This document shows positions 27,828 to 32,000 of a DNA stretch of 32,000 nt, in pieces. The translations under genes and the position numbers were made by a program. Source of the stretch: an uncultured archaeon (lineage in GTDB: Archaea; Asgardarchaeota; Thorarchaeia; Thorarchaeales; CAZPUN01); the NCBI GenBank assembly GCA_964589775.1, contig CAZPUN010000055.1, positions 1 through 32,000 of the forward strand, given 5' to 3'. Under the pieces are notes generated by a model. The model was not told the origin of the DNA. It ran no database searches and worked only from the letters and a program-made list of their open reading frames with translations. The stretch's first letter is position 1. Each line of letters begins with the position of its first letter.

Positions 27828-30227
27828 ATGACTAGCGAAAAGGAACTAAGAATAGGAATAAAAGGAATGCACTGTGCGGGTTGTGCTTTAACAATAGAAA
27901 AGAGTCTTAGTGCTGTCGAAGGTATAAATTTTGCAAAAGTCAATTTGCCGGATGAAAAAGCAATAGTCAAATTTAATCCGGACAAGGTTGATATTAAGAA
28001 AATCAAAGAAGTGATCAAGAGAAGTGGCTATGACGTATATGAGAAGCGGATACACTTGCCAATCAAGGAGTTTAATCTGGATAACATTGATACGACCGTT
28101 AGGCAAATAGAAGATGAAGATGGAATTTTAAGAATAATTCCGGACAAAGAGAATCTACAATTAACAGTAGAATATGACCCCACAGAAATTTCCTACAATA
28201 GATTGATTCAACTTTTCCGAAAGTACGGAATCGATATTAATGAGGAAAAAGATGAGAAGGAACTGAGCGCGAATGATTTAGCTCTTCGAATGTATACAAA
28301 ATTATTAATTATCTCATTACTCTTCGCAATCCCTATAGCACTTGTGAGCTTTAACATAATCACACAATATACGGCGTTTGTTACGAAAGGAGTCTTACTA
28401 TTCATACTTGCAACTCCATTACAAATGATTGTAGGCTATCCTTTTTATGTTTCAGCATTCAAAGCAGCACGAAATAGAAATGCAAACATGGATACATTAG
28501 TAGTTCTCGGCACCTCATCTGCATACATCTATAGCGTAATGACTACATTCTTTATTCCGGGAGACCTGTTTTATGATACAGCAGCGTTTCTATTTACATT
28601 CATTTTGATAGGCAAAGTTCTTGAGACAAAGGCAAAAGGAAAAACATCCGAGGCGATCGAAAAGTTATTGAATTTGCAGGCGAAAACAGCACGCCTAGTT
28701 CGGCCAGATGGTAGCGAAATAGAGATCCCAATTGAAGAAGTAAAAATAAACGACAAGATATCAGTGAAAGAAGGTGAGAAGATACCCGTTGATGGAACGA
28801 TTATAGACGGATATGCATCCATAGACGAATCGATGATAACTGGAGAATCAATTCCTGTAGATAAAAAGAAAGGTGATGAAGTATATGGTGCAACAATTAA
28901 TCGAAATGGGCATATAATTATTAGAGCAACAAAAGTCGGGAAGGATACACTTCTTGCACAGATCGTGAAATATGTTCGAGATGCTCAAGTATCAAAGCCA
29001 AAGATTCAGAGACTGGCAGATAAGATATCAAGTATTTTTGTTCCAGTAGTAATGACTATTGCAGCAATAACATTCATTTATTGGTATTTAATTGCGAAAT
29101 CATCATTCATTTTCTCTCTTACATTAATGATTTCTGTCTTAGTGATTGCTTGTCCATGTGCGTTAGGACTTGCGACACCAACTGCGGTAACAGTAGGACT
29201 CGGTAAAGGAGCTGAAAATGGAATCCTAATGAAAGATGCAGAAGTACTTGAAATAATTCCGAAGATCACAGCAATTGTTTTTGATAAAACAGGTACACTG
29301 ACGCTCGGTCGGCCGGAGGTCCATGAAATCTATGAATTAAAAGGCAAATCCGAAAAATATATTCTTGAGCTTGCTGCATCCGCTGAAAAACTCTCTACGC
29401 ATCCCCTAGCAAAGGCAATTATCAAGAAGGCAAAAATGCAAAACATTATGCCCAAGAAGCCTCAAGAATATCAGATGGTTGAGGGCAGTGGAATCATAGC
29501 CAAAGTAAATGATAAACGCGTCTTAATTGGGAATCCCAAGTTTCTTAATTCACAAGGAATTTCAACAGATAAAGTCCGGGATATTATTGAGAACTATGCA
29601 AATCAAGGTAAAACTCCAGTATGTATTACTGAGAATGAGCAAATTGTTGGAATCATTGCAATAAGCGACATGCTCAAACCAAGTTCTAAGGACTTGATTA
29701 AAATTCTGAAGGAAAAAGGAATTAAGACTTATATGATCACGGGAGATAACTGGAATGTTGCAAAGGCAATTGCAGAAGAGCTAGATATTGATGAAGTTCT
29801 AGCTGAAGTAATGCCAAATGAGAAAGCCACAAAGATCAAGGAATTGCAGGATAATGGGGAAATAGTTGCCATGGTCGGAGATGGTATTAATGATGCTCCA
29901 GCTCTTGCTCAAGCAAACATTGGTATTGCATTGGGCTCCGGTTCTGATATATCCATTGAAACAGGAGACATTATTCTAATTAAAGATAATTTACTTGACG
30001 TCATGGCAGCTATGAATCTTGGACATAAGACACTTTCAAAGATCAAACAAGGACTATTCTGGGCACTAATTTATAATGTGATTTTCATTCCAGTAGCAGC
30101 AGGTATCTTGTTTCCTTTCGGAATTTTACTTCGACCCGAGTTTGCTGCATTGGCAATGTCTTTGAGTTCAGTCTCAGTTGTATCAAACGCACTGCTGCTA
30201 AAACGATATAATCCAAAACATAATTAG
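27828..30227 (+). CDS. copA: Cu(I)-translocating P1B-type ATPase
   Basis: GMHCAGC HMA, TGES, CPCALG, DKTGT, HP, GDGINDAP, YN and MSLSS motifs. Start at ATG 27828 after GAGG; the track starts at 27798. Confidence 0.95.
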   Translation: MTSEKELRIGIKGMHCAGCALTIEKSLSAVEGINFAKVNLPDEKAIVKFNPDKVDIKKIKEVIKRSGYDVYEKRIHLPIKEFNLDNIDTTVRQIEDEDGILRIIPDKENLQLTVEYDPTEISYNRLIQLFRKYGIDINEEKDEKELSANDLALRMYTKLLIISLLFAIPIALVSFNIITQYTAFVTKGVLLFILATPLQMIVGYPFYVSAFKAARNRNANMDTLVVLGTSSAYIYSVMTTFFIPGDLFYDTAAFLFTFILIGKVLETKAKGKTSEAIEKLLNLQAKTARLVRPDGSEIEIPIEEVKINDKISVKEGEKIPVDGTIIDGYASIDESMITGESIPVDKKKGDEVYGATINRNGHIIIRATKVGKDTLLAQIVKYVRDAQVSKPKIQRLADKISSIFVPVVMTIAAITFIYWYLIAKSSFIFSLTLMISVLVIACPCALGLATPTAVTVGLGKGAENGILMKDAEVLEIIPKITAIVFDKTGTLTLGRPEVHEIYELKGKSEKYILELAASAEKLSTHPLAKAIIKKAKMQNIMPKKPQEYQMVEGSGIIAKVNDKRVLIGNPKFLNSQGISTDKVRDIIENYANQGKTPVCITENEQIVGIIAISDMLKPSSKDLIKILKEKGIKTYMITGDNWNVAKAIAEELDIDEVLAEVMPNEKATKIKELQDNGEIVAMVGDGINDAPALAQANIGIALGSGSDISIETGDIILIKDNLLDVMAAMNLGHKTLSKIKQGLFWALIYNVIFIPVAAGILFPFGILLRPEFAALAMSLSSVSVVSNALLLKRYNPKHN

Positions 30228-30338
30228 AGCCTATTCTCTTACTTTTTAACTGCAATTATGAAAGATCTAACAGAAAGAAAAATTATACCAAACAATAAAT
30301 TTTTGTGCAATATCACAAATTATTATGTGGTGTGCCTT

Positions 30339-31322
30339 ATGAAATCAACTGTATATGGTCCTGTACCATCATGGAGATTGGGCAGATCTTTAGGAATTGA
30401 TTTGACATTGATTCCAAAAAAGTGCACATTAGGGTGTGTATATTGCCAATTGGGTGAAACCAAAAATTATGTTTCTAAGCCAGACGACTTGAAAAATCCT
30501 CCTGATGCAGAACGAGTTCTAAATGACCTCAAAAGGAAGTTAGAGCGAATAGACATCAATAGCTTGGACTACATCACATTTTCAGGCACAGGAGAGCCAA
30601 CACTAAATATAAACTTAGGAAGTATCGTTAAAAAGCTCAAAGAGCACTATTCAGAAATCCCACTAGCCATACTAACAAATGCTACATTGTTTTATGATAC
30701 GAGGGTGCGTCGGAATGTTATTGATATAGACCTAATATCTGCCAAATTAGATGCTGGAAATCAAAGGGCCTTTGACATAATAAACAAGCCAAGTCCAGAT
30801 TTACCTTCTTTTGAAGAAATCGTACATCACATTAAGACGCTTAAGGACGAAATACACGGACGATTAGCATTAGAAATTATGCTTTTGGAAGTTTCAGGGC
30901 TGATCAAAAATTATGTCGGAAAAGAGGCAGATGATCTTTTGGATAAAATTATAGCAATTAATCCAGATATTGTACAGATTTGCGCTCCATATCGTCCTAC
31001 AGCACAGAAAATCGTTAAATTACCCACACAGGCTGAAATTGACGAATTTGAAGAAAAAGTTCTGCTTTATTTTCGAAAGGAGCAAGTTTGGACATATGGA
31101 AAACGGCATCATAACGAAGTTATTAGAACGAGGGGTCTGGAAGACAGCTCTGACGAAATTTTGGAACTCATTGAAAGGCGACCAGTGTCAATTGAAGAAA
31201 TTTCAAGAACTCTACGATATGATAGTAAAACCGTAGAAAATGAATTAAAAAAACTCCTAAACAAATTCAAAATTATAGAATTTGAAAAGAATGGAACAAA
31301 ATATTATACTTTGAGAATATGA
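30339..31322 (+). CDS. Radical SAM protein (COG0731-like) with C-terminal winged-HTH-like segment
   Basis: YGPVPSWRLGRSLGIDL, CTLGCVYC, SGTGEPTL, ILTNATL, KLDA. ATG 30339 after GGTG preferred over 30258. Confidence 0.88.
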   Translation: MKSTVYGPVPSWRLGRSLGIDLTLIPKKCTLGCVYCQLGETKNYVSKPDDLKNPPDAERVLNDLKRKLERIDINSLDYITFSGTGEPTLNINLGSIVKKLKEHYSEIPLAILTNATLFYDTRVRRNVIDIDLISAKLDAGNQRAFDIINKPSPDLPSFEEIVHHIKTLKDEIHGRLALEIMLLEVSGLIKNYVGKEADDLLDKIIAINPDIVQICAPYRPTAQKIVKLPTQAEIDEFEEKVLLYFRKEQVWTYGKRHHNEVIRTRGLEDSSDEILELIERRPVSIEEISRTLRYDSKTVENELKKLLNKFKIIEFEKNGTKYYTLRI

Positions 31323-31343
31323 ATACAAGGCTTTTTCTATTTT

Positions 31344-31985
31344 TTAAAAGTTTATTGAGCTATTCCAATAGTCTGAGTTGTCTATCTGAACCTTGTAATT
31401 ATGGGTTTCATGTATGAAATCCGTACCTACAATCTTGCATATATGCATAGTAAATCCACGATTATCTGTAGTCAAATTGATTATGCCATTTGATATAGAA
31501 TTTAGAAATCGTGATATATTTTCAGGTTGTGTCCTATTATCAAATATAAAGAGCTCGATCGTATTGAATTTTACTGCTTCTTCAATACTTTCTATAAAGA
31601 ACTTCAAGACGTCTTTTACGTCGTTGTATGCAATTAGGCTATTCAGGCTATCAACAATTATAAATTCTGGACCGAATTCCTTTCGTATATTTCGTAAGGT
31701 TATGTTAACCTCATACAATTGTGAGGAACAGGAGTACTCCGCAACAATATCCTGACCAAAGTTCATTTCGATTATTTTGAATAAATGATTTTGATGTTTT
31801 CCAAGTGATTGCATTACACGTCTGCTTCTAGGATGAAAAGAAGCATATACAATCTTTTTGTTTTCAGTTAAAACGTTTTTAATAATTTGAAGGGCAAATA
31901 TCTCGGGATATGCTTCCGTTTCTGCATTTATTATGATTCCCGTGCCTTTTGGCGTGTTATGTAATATATTTTTAAGAATATTCAT
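31344..31985 (-). CDS. KaiC/RAD55 (RecA-superfamily)-like domain protein lacking Walker A
   Basis: PKGTGIII...KKIVYASF...IIVDSL...GIINL...ICKIVGT topology typical of the KaiC/RAD55 domain. Confidence 0.7.
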   Translation of the reverse strand: MNILKNILHNTPKGTGIIINAETEAYPEIFALQIIKNVLTENKKIVYASFHPRSRRVMQSLGKHQNHLFKIIEMNFGQDIVAEYSCSSQLYEVNITLRNIRKEFGPEFIIVDSLNSLIAYNDVKDVLKFFIESIEEAVKFNTIELFIFDNRTQPENISRFLNSISNGIINLTTDNRGFTMHICKIVGTDFIHETHNYKVQIDNSDYWNSSINF

Positions 31986-32000
31986 ATTTATTCCTCAATG

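Overview
AT-rich archaeal chromosomal DNA, densely coding with about 27 genes. I found no rRNA, tRNA, CRISPR array or recognisable mobile element. The archaeal-type HMG-CoA synthase/thiolase/DUF35 cluster, GGAGG/GGTGA ribosome-binding sites, TTG starts and U-tract terminators indicate an archaeon. A longin/roadblock-like domain and a small Zn-ribbon protein suggest an Asgard archaeon (inference, no database search). Housekeeping content: mevalonate entry genes, CLC-CBS transporter, M28 peptidase, sirtuin, CcdA/thioredoxin pair, PEBP, nadB, AlkD-like, GlcD-like oxidoreductase, CopA, radical SAM protein and two large membrane-anchored surface proteins. The most unusual item is a single ORF fusing a 2x[4Fe-4S]/FrhB-type F420-family redox module to a C-terminal longin-like domain. 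Other notable points: a CLC with a rewritten anion filter, a vapBC-like pair with a catalytically degenerate PIN domain, a probable ATT-initiated phosphoesterase, an unannotated interrupted gene, a possible tandem 7TM+7TM membrane protein and a palindromic operator upstream of copA. All family assignments come from motif recognition by eye.
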